From assembly GCA_017626145.1 (NCBI GenBank), contig JAGAJK010000077.1:125077-189076 (forward strand): a stretch of DNA of 64,000 nt, in the 5' to 3' direction. Positions 46,346 through 56,680 of the stretch are shown here, piece by piece. The stretch is from Clostridia bacterium. Lineage in GTDB: Bacteria; Bacillota; Clostridia; RGIG6154. The position numbers and the translations under genes are program-made. Under the pieces are notes generated by a model that saw only the letters and a list, made by a program, of their open reading frames with translations, searched no databases and had not been told where the DNA came from. Every line of letters begins with the position of its first letter. The stretch's first letter is position 1.

Positions 46346-46418
46346 ATTGTAAATTTTTTTAAAAAGTGTTATAATAAAAAGATGAACAAAGAGATTTAAA
46401 AGGAATAATGAATTAATT

Positions 46419-48371
46419 ATGGCTGAATTTCATGTAGTTTCTCCATATGAACCTTCCGGCGACCAACCAAAGGCTATTAAAGAATTGTCACAAGGTGTAA
46501 TGGATGGTTATTGTGGGCAGGTTCTTAAGGGAGTTACCGGTTCCGGAAAAACTTATACTATTGCTAAAGTTATTGAGCAGGTTCAGAAACCTACTCTTGT
46601 TTTGGCGCACAATAAAACGTTAGCTGCACAGCTGTATAGTGAATTCAGGGAATTCTTTCCGGATAATGCTGTGGAATTTTTTGTTTCATATTATGATTAT
46701 TATCGACCGGAAGCATATATACCTAATACAGATACGTATATTGAAAAAGATTCATCCGTTAATGATGAAATAGATAAACTAAGACATAGTGCTACATTTT
46801 CTTTGTTTGAACGCAGAGATGTTATAATTGTTGCTTCAGTTTCGTGTATATACGGACTTGGTGACCCCGAAGACTATAATACGCTTGTACTTTCATTACG
46901 AGTTGGTATGCTTAAGGAACGTGACGATGTCATAATGCGTCTTGTAGATATGCAGTATGAAAGAAATGATATTGATTTTTCCCGCGGAAAATTCAGAGTA
47001 CGTGGAGATATTATTGAAATTTTCCCATCAAATACAAGTGAAAATTCTATTCGAGTAGAGTTTTTTGGAGATGAAATTGACAGAATTACTGAAATAGATA
47101 TTGTGACGGGTGAGGTTATAGCACACAGAAATCACGTTGCTATTTATCCTAACTCACATTATGTTACAACCAAAGATAAAATGGACAGGGCTATTGAAAC
47201 AATTAAACTTGAACTTGAGGAAAGAATTAAGTACTTCCAGGATAACGGTAAACTTGTGGAAGCTCAAAGGATAGAGCAAAGAACAAATTATGATATAGAA
47301 ATGATGCAGGAGACAGGTTTTTGTCAGGGAATAGAAAATTATTCAAGACATATGAGTAATCGAAAGCCCGGAAGTCCACCATATACGCTCATTGATTATT
47401 TTCCGGATGATTTTTTACTTGTAGTTGATGAAGCACACGTAACAATACCTCAGGTCAGAGCGATGTTTGCAGGTGACAGATCACGAAAAAAGAATCTTAT
47501 AGATTTTGGTTTTCGTTTACCAAGTGCTTATGATAACAGACCACTATGCTTTGATGAATTTGAACGTAAAATTGGACAAGTAATATATGTTTCAGCTACG
47601 CCTGCTGATTATGAAAAAGATTTAAGTGAGCAGATTGTTGAACAGATAATTCGCCCGACAGGACTTGTAGATCCGGAAATTTCAGTAGTGCCTACAAAGG
47701 GACAAATAGATCATCTTTTATCTGAGATTAATACAAGAGTTGACAAAAACGAAAGAGTTCTTGTTACAACACTTACAAAGAGAATGGCAGAAAGTTTAAC
47801 TGACTTTTTAACTGAAATGGGAGTAAAAGTAAGATATTTGCATTCAGATGTAAAAACTATCGAGAGAATGGAAATTATAAAAGATTTAAGAGAAGGAATA
47901 TTTGATGTTCTTGTTGGAATTAATCTTTTAAGAGAAGGTCTTGATATTCCTGAGGTTTCTTTGGTGGCGATTCTTGATGCTGATAAGGAAGGCTTTTTAA
48001 GAAGTGAAACATCACTTGTTCAGACAATAGGTAGAGCTGCGAGAAACGCAGACGGAAAAGTAATTATGTATGCTGATGTAGTGACTGATAGCATGAAAAA
48101 TGCAATTGATGAGACAGAAAGAAGAAGAAAAATACAGAAAGAATATAATGAGAAGCATGGAATTGTTCCTAAAACTGTCAAAAAGGATATAAGAAGTGTT
48201 ATTGAAGCGTCTATAATGGTAGAAGAACAACAGATAGTCGAGGATAATTATGATAAAGATAAGCTTCTTGAGTTATTGAGAGCAGAAATGCAGATTGCAG
48301 TTAAAAAACTTGAATTTGAGAAAGCTGCATCAATACGTGACAGAATCATAGAATTAGAAAAAGGAAACTAA
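46419..48371 (+). CDS. uvrB: excinuclease ABC subunit B
   Basis: N-terminal GDQP, Walker A GVTGSGKT, helicase motifs and the C-terminal UVR domain ([17 protein letters not shown]). Confidence 0.97.
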   Translation: MAEFHVVSPYEPSGDQPKAIKELSQGVMDGYCGQVLKGVTGSGKTYTIAKVIEQVQKPTLVLAHNKTLAAQLYSEFREFFPDNAVEFFVSYYDYYRPEAYIPNTDTYIEKDSSVNDEIDKLRHSATFSLFERRDVIIVASVSCIYGLGDPEDYNTLVLSLRVGMLKERDDVIMRLVDMQYERNDIDFSRGKFRVRGDIIEIFPSNTSENSIRVEFFGDEIDRITEIDIVTGEVIAHRNHVAIYPNSHYVTTKDKMDRAIETIKLELEERIKYFQDNGKLVEAQRIEQRTNYDIEMMQETGFCQGIENYSRHMSNRKPGSPPYTLIDYFPDDFLLVVDEAHVTIPQVRAMFAGDRSRKKNLIDFGFRLPSAYDNRPLCFDEFERKIGQVIYVSATPADYEKDLSEQIVEQIIRPTGLVDPEISVVPTKGQIDHLLSEINTRVDKNERVLVTTLTKRMAESLTDFLTEMGVKVRYLHSDVKTIERMEIIKDLREGIFDVLVGINLLREGLDIPEVSLVAILDADKEGFLRSETSLVQTIGRAARNADGKVIMYADVVTDSMKNAIDETERRRKIQKEYNEKHGIVPKTVKKDIRSVIEASIMVEEQQIVEDNYDKDKLLELLRAEMQIAVKKLEFEKAASIRDRIIELEKGN

Positions 48372-48372
48372 A

Positions 48373-51204
48373 ATGTCAAAGAATAATTTAATTGTAAATG
48401 GAGCAAAAGTTCATAACTTGAAAAATGTATCTGTGGAAATCCCGCGTGATAAACTCGTAGTTCTGACCGGTTTAAGCGGCTCTGGTAAATCCTCACTTGC
48501 ATTTGATACAATTTACGCTGAAGGACAACGCAGATATGTCGAGTCACTTTCTGCTTACGCCAGACAGTTTCTTGGTTTGATGGAAAAGCCGGATGTTGAA
48601 AGTATAGAAGGTCTTTCACCGGCAATTTCAATAGATCAGAAAACAACAAGCAAGAATCCTCGTTCAACAGTAGGAACGGTAACTGAGATTCATGATTATT
48701 TGAGACTTTTATATGCCAGAATTGGTGTGGTTCACTGTCCAGAATGCGGTAAAGAAATAAATCAACAATCTGTTGATGAAATTGTAGACAGAATAATGAC
48801 ACTTGAAGAAAATACTAAATTCCAAGTGTTGGCACCTGTTATACGTGGAAGAAAAGGTGAACATTTAAAAATATTTTCCGATGCGAGAAAATCCGGTTAT
48901 GTGCGTGTAAGAATAGATGGAATTATTTACGATATTAACGATATTCCTCTGTTGGACAAGAATCAAAAGCATAATATTGAGATTGTGATCGACAGACTTG
49001 TAGTAAAGTCAAATATGAATAAGCGTCTTGCGGATTCCGTTGAAACAGCACTGAAATTAGCAAAGGACATTGTTATAATAGATGTAATAGATGGTGAAGA
49101 AATGTTTTTCTGTCAAAGCTACGCGTGTCCTGATTGCGGTATCAGTATCGAGAAGCTTGAACCGAGAATGTTCTCCTTTAACAGTCCGTTTGGTGCATGT
49201 ACAGAATGTACAGGTCTTGGTGAGCAGCTTAGAATTGACCCATCTATTATAGTACCTGATCCTGATAAGTCTCTTATCGAAGGGGCTGTTGTTGCAAGTG
49301 GATGGAATACTGTTGATAATAAACAAAGTGTTGCTTATACAACATACCTCGGGCTTTCTGAAAAGTATGGTTTTGATTTAAATACATCGTTTAAAGATTT
49401 ACCTGAGGATATTCAGAATAAAATTTTTTATGGTACAAATGGTGAAAAAATTAAAATAGCGTATCAGCGTGCTTATGGTGGCGGAACCTTTAATGTTCCA
49501 TTTGAAGGCGTTATTACTCAGCTTGAAAGGCGATATCGTGATACAAATTCTGACTATGCTAAGGCTGAAATTGAGTCTTTAATGACAAATGTTGTATGTT
49601 CTGAATGTCATGGAAAGAGATTAAAACCTGAAACACTTGCAGTAACAGTAGGTGGACTTAATATTATCGAGCTTTCGGATTTGTCCATCAGTGAGATCAG
49701 ACATTTTCTCAATAATCTTGAATTGACGGAAAATGAAAAAATTATTTCAAAACAAATACTGAAAGAAATAAATTCCCGTCTTGGTTTTTTGCTTGATGTA
49801 GGTCTTGAATATCTTACTCTTTCAAGAGCGTCCGGAACTCTTTCTGGTGGCGAAGCTCAAAGAATAAGACTGGCAACACAAATTGGTTCAAGTCTTATGG
49901 GAGTACTTTATATATTAGATGAGCCAAGTATAGGATTACACCAACGTGATAACGGAAAATTGATAAAAACTCTTAAACAGCTTCGCGATTTGGGAAATAC
50001 TGTACTTGTTGTTGAACACGATGAAGAAACTATGACAGAAGCTGATTTTATCGTAGATGTTGGACCGGGTGCAGGTGTTCACGGTGGCAATATTGTGTAT
50101 GCAGGTTCTGTAGAAGGTATTAAAAAATGTAAAAACAGCTATACCGGCAAGTACTTGTCCGGAGAACTTAAAATTGAAATTCCTGAAAACAGACGTGAGA
50201 TTTCAGATAACAGACTTATTGTTAAAGGTGCAAAAGAAAATAATCTTAAGAATATTGATGTGGAATTCCCATTAGGGGTCATCAATGTTGTAACGGGCGT
50301 TTCGGGTTCGGGAAAAAGTACATTAGTTAATGAAATACTATATAAGAAGCTTGCTACAAAGCTAAATGGCGCAAAGAAAAAGTGGGGAAAACACGATACG
50401 ATTGAGGGTATTGAACAGCTTGATAAAGTAATTAATATTGACCAGGCTCCGATTGGAAGAACACCACGTTCAAACCCGGCAACTTACACAGGTTTATTTA
50501 ATGATTTACGTGAACTTTTTGCATCAACGCAGGAAGCGAAAGCACGTGGTTATACAGCCGGAAGATTCAGTTTTAACGTTAAAGGTGGGCGTTGTGAAGC
50601 ATGTTGTGGTGATGGTATTAAAAAAATTGAAATGCATTTTCTTCCTGATATATATGTTCCTTGTGATGTTTGTAACGGCAGACGATATAACAGAGAAACA
50701 CTTGAGGTAAAATATAAAGGTAAGAATATTTATGACGTTCTTGAAATGACATGCGAGGAAGCTTTGGGATTTTTTGAGAATATGCCAAGAATTAAAAGGA
50801 AACTTCAGACAATAAACGACGTAGGTCTTGGATATGTGAAACTCGGTCAGCCCTCCACAACACTTTCGGGTGGTGAAGCACAGAGAGTTAAGCTCGCTAC
50901 TGAGCTTTCTAAGAAAGCAACAGGCAGAACAGTTTACATTCTTGATGAACCTACCACCGGACTTCACTCATTCGACGTTCATAAATTAATTGAAGTTATT
51001 GACAGACTTGCTGAAAACGGTAATACAATTATTATTATCGAACACAATCTTGATGTAATTAAAACGGCAGATTATATCATTGATATGGGACCTGAAGGCG
51101 GGGATAAAGGTGGAAATGTGGTAGTGTCAGGCACACCGGAAGAAGTTGCTGAGTGTAAGGAGTCTTATACAGGACAATACCTGAAGAAATTATTAATGAA
51201 ATAA
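48373..51204 (+). CDS. uvrA: excinuclease ABC subunit A
   Basis: Tandem ABC ATPase modules ([14 protein letters not shown] and [13 protein letters not shown]) and zinc fingers ([29 protein letters not shown]). Confidence 0.97.
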   Translation: MSKNNLIVNGAKVHNLKNVSVEIPRDKLVVLTGLSGSGKSSLAFDTIYAEGQRRYVESLSAYARQFLGLMEKPDVESIEGLSPAISIDQKTTSKNPRSTVGTVTEIHDYLRLLYARIGVVHCPECGKEINQQSVDEIVDRIMTLEENTKFQVLAPVIRGRKGEHLKIFSDARKSGYVRVRIDGIIYDINDIPLLDKNQKHNIEIVIDRLVVKSNMNKRLADSVETALKLAKDIVIIDVIDGEEMFFCQSYACPDCGISIEKLEPRMFSFNSPFGACTECTGLGEQLRIDPSIIVPDPDKSLIEGAVVASGWNTVDNKQSVAYTTYLGLSEKYGFDLNTSFKDLPEDIQNKIFYGTNGEKIKIAYQRAYGGGTFNVPFEGVITQLERRYRDTNSDYAKAEIESLMTNVVCSECHGKRLKPETLAVTVGGLNIIELSDLSISEIRHFLNNLELTENEKIISKQILKEINSRLGFLLDVGLEYLTLSRASGTLSGGEAQRIRLATQIGSSLMGVLYILDEPSIGLHQRDNGKLIKTLKQLRDLGNTVLVVEHDEETMTEADFIVDVGPGAGVHGGNIVYAGSVEGIKKCKNSYTGKYLSGELKIEIPENRREISDNRLIVKGAKENNLKNIDVEFPLGVINVVTGVSGSGKSTLVNEILYKKLATKLNGAKKKWGKHDTIEGIEQLDKVINIDQAPIGRTPRSNPATYTGLFNDLRELFASTQEAKARGYTAGRFSFNVKGGRCEACCGDGIKKIEMHFLPDIYVPCDVCNGRRYNRETLEVKYKGKNIYDVLEMTCEEALGFFENMPRIKRKLQTINDVGLGYVKLGQPSTTLSGGEAQRVKLATELSKKATGRTVYILDEPTTGLHSFDVHKLIEVIDRLAENGNTIIIIEHNLDVIKTADYIIDMGPEGGDKGGNVVVSGTPEEVAECKESYTGQYLKKLLMK

Positions 51205-51222
51205 TAAACGGAGGATAAATAT

Positions 51223-51720
51223 ATGGATAATATTACTGAATTACTGGTAAAAAAAGAAAAAAATGGTTTTGATAATTTTAAAAAATTCGGATTGTTTGCA
51301 GGCATTTTAATAATTTGCCTTGTTGCCGCTATTTTTCTGAGCGGTTCAGCATTTTTACTGCCTGTATGGGCTTGTTTCATTTTCCTTGGATATAAAATTA
51401 ATGATCGTTTTAGTGTAGAGTTTGATTATTGTCTTATAGAAGGTAGTCTCGATGTTGATAAGGTGTTTTCAGAAAAAACAAGAAAAAAATATCTTAGTAT
51501 TGATCAGTCAACTGTGGAATTGGTAGCACCTCTTGGCGACAATGCCCTCGGAGAATTCTCAAAGCTTAAAACATTTTACGCTACAAACAAAAATGAAGAT
51601 AATTGTTATGTTGTTGTTGGTGTTAATAATGGTTCAAAATGTAAGGTTGTAATCAGAGGCGACGAGAAACTGATTAATCAATATAAAAGATGTATGCCCC
51701 GAAAGGTTATTGTAAAATGA
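51223..51720 (+). CDS. hypothetical membrane-anchored protein
   Basis: 165 aa. Two N-terminal TM helices (FGLFAGILIICLVAAIFL, FLLPVWACFIFLGY) followed by a soluble domain with no motif I recognise. GGAGG RBS. Its stop overlaps the acpS start (ATGA). Confidence 0.5.
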   Translation: MDNITELLVKKEKNGFDNFKKFGLFAGILIICLVAAIFLSGSAFLLPVWACFIFLGYKINDRFSVEFDYCLIEGSLDVDKVFSEKTRKKYLSIDQSTVELVAPLGDNALGEFSKLKTFYATNKNEDNCYVVVGVNNGSKCKVVIRGDEKLINQYKRCMPRKVIVK

Positions 51721-52049
51721 GTAAAATAGGGTGTGATATTCTCAGAATTAAAAGGATTGAGGATAAGTTAAAGGATGAAAAGTTTCTTGAACGTTTTTTT
51801 AGTGATAATGAAATAAAAATGTTTAACGAGAGAAATATTCGTGCTCAGACTGTTACGGGAAATTTTTGTGCAAAAGAAGCTTATGTGAAGGCTTTAGGAT
51901 GTGGTTTCGGTAAAATCAGACCAAAAGATGTTGAAGTTCTGAGAAATGAAAACGGTGTGCCGTATATCTTGCATAATGGTAATAAATACAGCACTTCAAT
52001 TTCTCATGATGGAGAATATGCTTTTGCGGTAGTTGTCCTGGAGGAGTAA
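51717..52049 (+). CDS. acpS: holo-[acyl-carrier-protein] synthase
   Basis: MSKIGCDILRIKRIE..., FSDNEI and ...GNFCAKEAYVKALGCG.... I chose the start at 51717. The track ORF starts at 51690. Confidence 0.85.
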   Translation: MSKIGCDILRIKRIEDKLKDEKFLERFFSDNEIKMFNERNIRAQTVTGNFCAKEAYVKALGCGFGKIRPKDVEVLRNENGVPYILHNGNKYSTSISHDGEYAFAVVVLEE

Positions 52050-52907
52050 ATGGAATATATCAGTATAGAATATGCAAAAAATCTTTTACCGAAGAATAAT
52101 GTTAATCAACATAAAGGTGATTGTGGCAAAGTAATGATTTGTGGTGGAAGCATAGGACTTACAGGTTCTGTTTGTATGTCGGCAATGGCAGCACTTCGTA
52201 CCGGTAGTGGACTTGTTACTGTTGCTGTTCCCGGTTCGCTTAACAGTATTTATGAAATTAAGCTTACCGAAGCGATGAGTCTTCCTTTGGATGATAATTG
52301 CGGTCAGTTTACTTCTGAATCCTATCAGAAAGCGCTTAAGTTTTCAGAAAGCTGTCACGCTGTGGCTATAGGTCCCGGTGGTGGTGATAATTTCATCGAA
52401 ACTACTAGAAATTTTGTTTGTGAATGCAAGATACCTCTTGTTATTGATGCAGACGGTTTGAATTCCCTTTCTACAAATCCGGATATGCTGTATAATAAAA
52501 AATGCCCGGTTATTTTGACTCCGCATATTGGTGAAATGAGCAGATTGACCGGGAAAAGTATTGAATATATAATCACAAATAAAGTTGCCGTTGCACAAGA
52601 ATTCGCACGAAAGTATAATGTTATACTTGTTCTTAAAGGTCCCGGAACGATAGTAACAAATGGCGAAAAAACATATGTGAATACGACCGGAAATGAAGGG
52701 ATGGCTACAGGTGGTTCCGGTGATGTTTTGAGTGGAATAATTTTATCATTACTCGGACGGAAAATGGATTGTTTTGAAAGTGCGGTGCTTGGTGTATATC
52801 TGCATGGACTTGCAGGTGATATTGCTAAAAGTAAAGTCGGGGCGTATTCTTTAATTGCTACCGATATAATAAATAACATTTCAGAAGCTTTTAATAAATT
52901 GTTATAA
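52050..52907 (+). CDS. nnrD: ADP-dependent NAD(P)H-hydrate dehydratase (YjeF C-terminal domain)
   Basis: HKGDCGKVMICGGSIGLTGSVCMSAMAALRTGSGLVTV, ...VIDADGLN..., ILTPHIGEMSRL and GMATGGSGDVLSG. Confidence 0.85.
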   Translation: MEYISIEYAKNLLPKNNVNQHKGDCGKVMICGGSIGLTGSVCMSAMAALRTGSGLVTVAVPGSLNSIYEIKLTEAMSLPLDDNCGQFTSESYQKALKFSESCHAVAIGPGGGDNFIETTRNFVCECKIPLVIDADGLNSLSTNPDMLYNKKCPVILTPHIGEMSRLTGKSIEYIITNKVAVAQEFARKYNVILVLKGPGTIVTNGEKTYVNTTGNEGMATGGSGDVLSGIILSLLGRKMDCFESAVLGVYLHGLAGDIAKSKVGAYSLIATDIINNISEAFNKLL

Positions 52908-52918
52908 GGAGAGATATA

Positions 52919-54097
52919 ATGTCTGATAGGTTAAGAACGTGGGCTGAAGTGAATCTTGATAGTCTGGGTTTCAATTATTATAATATAAGAAAACATGTTG
53001 GTTCAGGCACTAAGATTATGTCTGTAATTAAATCCAACGGTTATGGTCATGGATGCTTGGAAATTGCACGTAAGCTTTTGCAGTGCGGAACTGACTGCTT
53101 TGCAGTAGCTTGCGGTGACGAAGCTCTTGTTTTAAGAAATAATGGAATAACAATACCTATTCTGATATTGGGTTACACTCCATATGATATGATAGATGAA
53201 TTGCTTAATGCTGATATTACATTTACTGTATTTGATATTGAATTTGCAAAGGAACTTTCAAAGAGAGCATCTTGTTTGAATAAAATTGCCAAAATACATA
53301 TAAAACTTGATGTCGGTATGGGTAGAATCGGTTTTTTATATGGTTATAATGAAGTTGATGATAAAAAAACTATTATAGATATTAAAGAAATTTCAAAACT
53401 TAAAATGTTGGAATTAGAGGGGATATTTACTCATTTTCCTTGTGCTGATGAAGAAAAAACAGAATTAACCTATAATCAATTTTCTGTTTTTATGAAAGCA
53501 ATTTCAGAACTTGAAAACAATGGTATAGTTTTTAAACTCAAGCATTGTTGCAATAGTGCTGCATTGATACGTTTTCCGGAAATGCATCTGGATATGGTTC
53601 GTCCCGGAATTATTTTGTATGGTTGCTATCCGTCTGAATTTTGTGACAATGACACTATTTCGTTAACTCCTGTTATGGAACTAAAAACAAAGATAACTCA
53701 TTTAAAAAACCTTGAAAAAGGACATAGGATTAGTTATGGTGGGATATACGAGACTTCAGGTTGTTGCAAAATAGCAACACTGGGAATTGGTTATGCAGAT
53801 GGTTTTTCAAGAAAATTATCCAATTGCTATGAAGTACTCGTTAATGATACAAAAGTTAAAATTATAGGCAGAATTTGTATGGATCAATGTATGATAGATG
53901 TAACAAATGTCAATAATATAGCTGTAGGGCAGATTGTAACTGTTTTTGGTAAAGATTTATCTGTAGATATATGCTCTCAATTGAATGGTACCATCAATTA
54001 TGAAACTTTATGCAGTATAGGGATGCGTGTGCCACGTATTTATATTGATGACAATAAAGTTAAATATACTGTAAATTATCTTTCAGATAAGCTTTAA
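52919..54097 (+). CDS. alr: alanine racemase
   Basis: PLP-Lys region (MSVIKSNGYGHG), ...HLDMVRPGIILYG and ...ICMDQCMIDVT. Typical 392-aa length. Confidence 0.95.
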   Translation: MSDRLRTWAEVNLDSLGFNYYNIRKHVGSGTKIMSVIKSNGYGHGCLEIARKLLQCGTDCFAVACGDEALVLRNNGITIPILILGYTPYDMIDELLNADITFTVFDIEFAKELSKRASCLNKIAKIHIKLDVGMGRIGFLYGYNEVDDKKTIIDIKEISKLKMLELEGIFTHFPCADEEKTELTYNQFSVFMKAISELENNGIVFKLKHCCNSAALIRFPEMHLDMVRPGIILYGCYPSEFCDNDTISLTPVMELKTKITHLKNLEKGHRISYGGIYETSGCCKIATLGIGYADGFSRKLSNCYEVLVNDTKVKIIGRICMDQCMIDVTNVNNIAVGQIVTVFGKDLSVDICSQLNGTINYETLCSIGMRVPRIYIDDNKVKYTVNYLSDKL

Positions 54098-54130
54098 GAA
54101 CAAAATTTGAAATTTTGCATATATTTGTTA

Positions 54131-54159
54131 TTGACCCACATTACTTTTAAGTGTATAAT
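54131..54159 (+). promoter_or_regulatory. sigma-A-type promoter for the mazE-mazF pair
   Basis: TTGACC, 17-nt spacer, TGTGTATAAT (extended -10). Confidence 0.6.
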
Positions 54160-54238
54160 AGTAAACAGGATAAGCGTATACTAAGTCCGGCCTTGGTATA
54201 TGTCCCAAATAGAAAGATATGCGGGGGCAGGAGTAACT

Positions 54239-54526
54239 ATGGCACAGCTTGATAAATTAGAGTTATTACTCCCGGTAGGCCTGAAAACAGAGCTCAAAAG
54301 AATTGCAAAAGAAAAAGATAAAGATATTAATGAAATTCTTTGTGATGCTATAAGGTTTTATGTGGGTAAGGAAAAAAAGAAAAATTATAAAGAAGAATTG
54401 AAAAAAGGGTATTTAGAGATGGCACAGATAAATAGTGCCTACGCCGAAATGTGTTTAGATGCTGATAATGAATGTTTATCTGCATGTGAGGAAAAACTTT
54501 CGGAGAGTGAATTAAGTGGTTGTTAA
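54239..54526 (+). CDS. mazE: antitoxin EndoAI (MazE-like)
   Basis: Strong colinear similarity to B. subtilis EndoAI ([24 protein letters not shown]...[24 protein letters not shown]). I chose the start at MAQLDK, which has an AGGAGT RBS. The track ORF starts at 54200. Confidence 0.85.
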   Translation: MAQLDKLELLLPVGLKTELKRIAKEKDKDINEILCDAIRFYVGKEKKKNYKEELKKGYLEMAQINSAYAEMCLDADNECLSACEEKLSESELSGC

Positions 54527-54860
54527 AAGAGGCGAGATTTATTACGCAGACCTTAGTCCGGTAATCGGCTCTGAACAGGGTGGTATAAGACCGGTTCTTG
54601 TAGTGCAGAATGATGTTGGTAACAAATACAGTCCTACTGTTATTGTTGCAGCTATAACATCGCAGATAAATAAAGCAAAAATGCCTACTCATGTTGAAAT
54701 TGATGCAAAGGAGTATGGACTTGTTAAAGATTCTGTAATACTTTTAGAACAGGTCAGGACTATTGATAAAAAAAGGTTAAAGGAAAAAATCGGAAAAATT
54801 GATGTTGATTTATCCGAAAAAGTCGATGAAGGCTTATTGATAAGCTTTGGTCTTGTATAA
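54516..54860 (+). CDS. mazF: mRNA interferase toxin EndoA (MazF/PemK family)
   Basis: Near-identical in pattern to EndoA ([68 protein letters not shown]). GTG start overlaps the antitoxin stop. Confidence 0.95.
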   Translation: MVVKRGEIYYADLSPVIGSEQGGIRPVLVVQNDVGNKYSPTVIVAAITSQINKAKMPTHVEIDAKEYGLVKDSVILLEQVRTIDKKRLKEKIGKIDVDLSEKVDEGLLISFGLV

Positions 54861-54871
54861 AGAGGTGCTTT

Positions 54872-55294
54872 ATGATAAAAAACAAATTGAAAATAGCTTT
54901 AGTCACGATGGTGCTTTGTATATGTGTAGTTGCTACATATATCGCAAATGCACAGATTGGCAGTGATAGTGATCCTGTCATATCACTAAGCTATTTAAAA
55001 CAGGTTTTCCAGCCGGAAATAACAGAACAGATGTCTTTTAAGGTCGTGTCATTGGAAAATGGTCATACTTTAGAGTGTAGTGCCGGAGCTGAGCTTATCC
55101 TGAGAATGGGAACAGCGAATATAGTAGCTACAACCAAAGGTGGTCTGGCTGATGTTACAGCTGGTTACGACCTTCAAAATGGTGCGTCTATGCCTGCGAA
55201 TCATCATTTGATTGTGCCTGTAGGAGATGGACGTGGTGTAAAAGCAACATCTGACTGTTTGGTTATGGTTAAAGGTGAGTATGAAATTAAATGA
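54872..55294 (+). CDS. hypothetical secreted/membrane-anchored protein
   Basis: 140 aa. N-terminal signal/anchor IALVTMVLCICVVATYIANA followed by a domain of about 110 aa. No motif I recognise. Confidence 0.5.
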   Translation: MIKNKLKIALVTMVLCICVVATYIANAQIGSDSDPVISLSYLKQVFQPEITEQMSFKVVSLENGHTLECSAGAELILRMGTANIVATTKGGLADVTAGYDLQNGASMPANHHLIVPVGDGRGVKATSDCLVMVKGEYEIK

Positions 55295-55297
55295 TAT

Positions 55298-55325
55298 AAA
55301 AACCGCTCAAAAGAGCGGTTTTTAT
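55298..55325 (+). terminator. intrinsic terminator
   Basis: AAAACCGCTC-aaaa-GAGCGGTTTTT. Confidence 0.85.
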
Positions 55326-55353
55326 TGACTTTTAACAAGTAATCTGTTACAAT
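55325..55353 (+). promoter_or_regulatory. sigma-A-type promoter driving the riboswitch leader
   Basis: TTGACT, 17-nt spacer, TACAAT. Confidence 0.55.
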
Positions 55354-55399
55354 ATGTAAGAAAACAGAATAAATTCATACAGAGTGTCGTGTATACCGT

Positions 55400-55590
55400 A
55401 AAACTGATGTTTAGGTATAAACGGTGAAAAGGGAATGAGGTGTGAATCCTCAGCGATAACTGTCGGTGTATGCGTTGAAATTTTTGTATTCGTCGGTGAA
55501 AGCCGGTCATTGGGAAACTGAGAAGGCAGGAAACAAAAGTGTTAGGTCGTTAGCCTTATATAACGCAAGTCACAAGACCTGCTTTGATAT
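55400..55590 (+). promoter_or_regulatory. cobalamin (B12) riboswitch
   Basis: GGTGAAAAGGGAA and GGTGTGAATCC, then ...CTGTCGG..., TCATTGGGAAACTGAGAAGGCAGG and a B12-box-like AGTCACAAGACCTGC. A possible terminator or sequester hairpin (TTATTCC...GGAATAA plus T-run) lies at about 55593-55640. Confidence 0.65.
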
Positions 55591-55792
55591 TATTCCGTAA
55601 TAGATATGCTGCACAGGAATAATGTTTTTATTTGTATTAACTTTAATTGCTTTAAGGATAATTTGGTTACTTTATTACAGATAAAATGTGAATAATCACA
55701 GAAATGACAGCTGTGATAATTTTTAAATTACCATAGCTCTTTTATATTGTAAATTTAAATATGATCGCTTAATAGAAATGGAGGTTGACAGG

Positions 55793-56680
55793 ATGAATGA
55801 ATTTAAGAATTATCACCCTTTTGTGAATTTTATATATTTTATGTTGGTAATAGGTTATACGATGCTTATTATGCACCCTTTGTATCTTGTTGTAGCTTTT
55901 TCTTGTTCTTTTATATATTCAGCTATTCTCGGTGGCATAAAAGTTGTAAAGAAAAATTTGTTTTATATGGTACCGTTGTTACTGATTATGGCTCTTGTAA
56001 ATCCTCTGTTTAATCATAAAGGGGCTACAATCCTTTGGTATTTTCCAAACGGGAATCCTTTGACTTTAGAAGCTGTTATATATGGCATTTTGGCTTCCGT
56101 TATGATAGTTAGTGTAATATGGTGGTTCTCTTGCTTCAATAACGTTATGTCAAGTGATAAATTTGTATATTTGTTTGGCAGAATTGTTCCTTCATTGTCG
56201 CTGATCTTTTCTATGACTTTGAGATTTGTACCAAGATTTTCATATCAATTGAAACGGATTTCTGACTCACAGAGGTGTATTGGCAGAGATATTTCGAAAG
56301 GTGGAATATTAAAACGTATTAAATCGGGACTTTCTATTCTGTCGATAATGACAACGTGGGCTTTGGAAAATGCAGTAGAAACTGCTGATAGTATGAAATC
56401 ACGCGGATATGGATTGAAAGGAAGAACTGCATTTTCAATTTACAGATTTGACAAAAGAGATAAAGTTACATTACTATTAATTGTTTTATTGTCAATATAT
56501 ATTTTTGTTGGTGTTATTTCCGGTAATTTACATTGTAGCTTTTATCCAAATATAAAAATAAGTGGTTATTCATTGTATAATTTAAGTCTATTTGTAATTT
56601 ATACAATATTTTGCATATTACCTGTTATAATTGAATTGTGGGAGGTGAAGAAATGGAAACATACAGAATCGAAAATTTAA
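55793..56680 (+). CDS. ecfT: ECF transporter transmembrane (T) component, EcfT/CbiQ family
   Basis: Multi-TM protein with an EcfT-like C-terminal segment (...RISDSQRCIGRDIS...ILSIMTTWALENAVETADSMKSRGY). I chose the start at MNEFKNY, which has a GGAGG RBS. The track ORF starts at 55778. Confidence 0.8.
   Translation: MNEFKNYHPFVNFIYFMLVIGYTMLIMHPLYLVVAFSCSFIYSAILGGIKVVKKNLFYMVPLLLIMALVNPLFNHKGATILWYFPNGNPLTLEAVIYGILASVMIVSVIWWFSCFNNVMSSDKFVYLFGRIVPSLSLIFSMTLRFVPRFSYQLKRISDSQRCIGRDISKGGILKRIKSGLSILSIMTTWALENAVETADSMKSRGYGLKGRTAFSIYRFDKRDKVTLLLIVLLSIYIFVGVISGNLHCSFYPNIKISGYSLYNLSLFVIYTIFCILPVIIELWEVKKWKHTESKI

Noticed and set aside
46313-46418. Looked for a LexA (Cheo-box, GAAC-N4-GTTC) operator upstream of uvrB
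   Set aside because: Only a half-site-like GAACAAAGAG is present. There is no convincing dyad.
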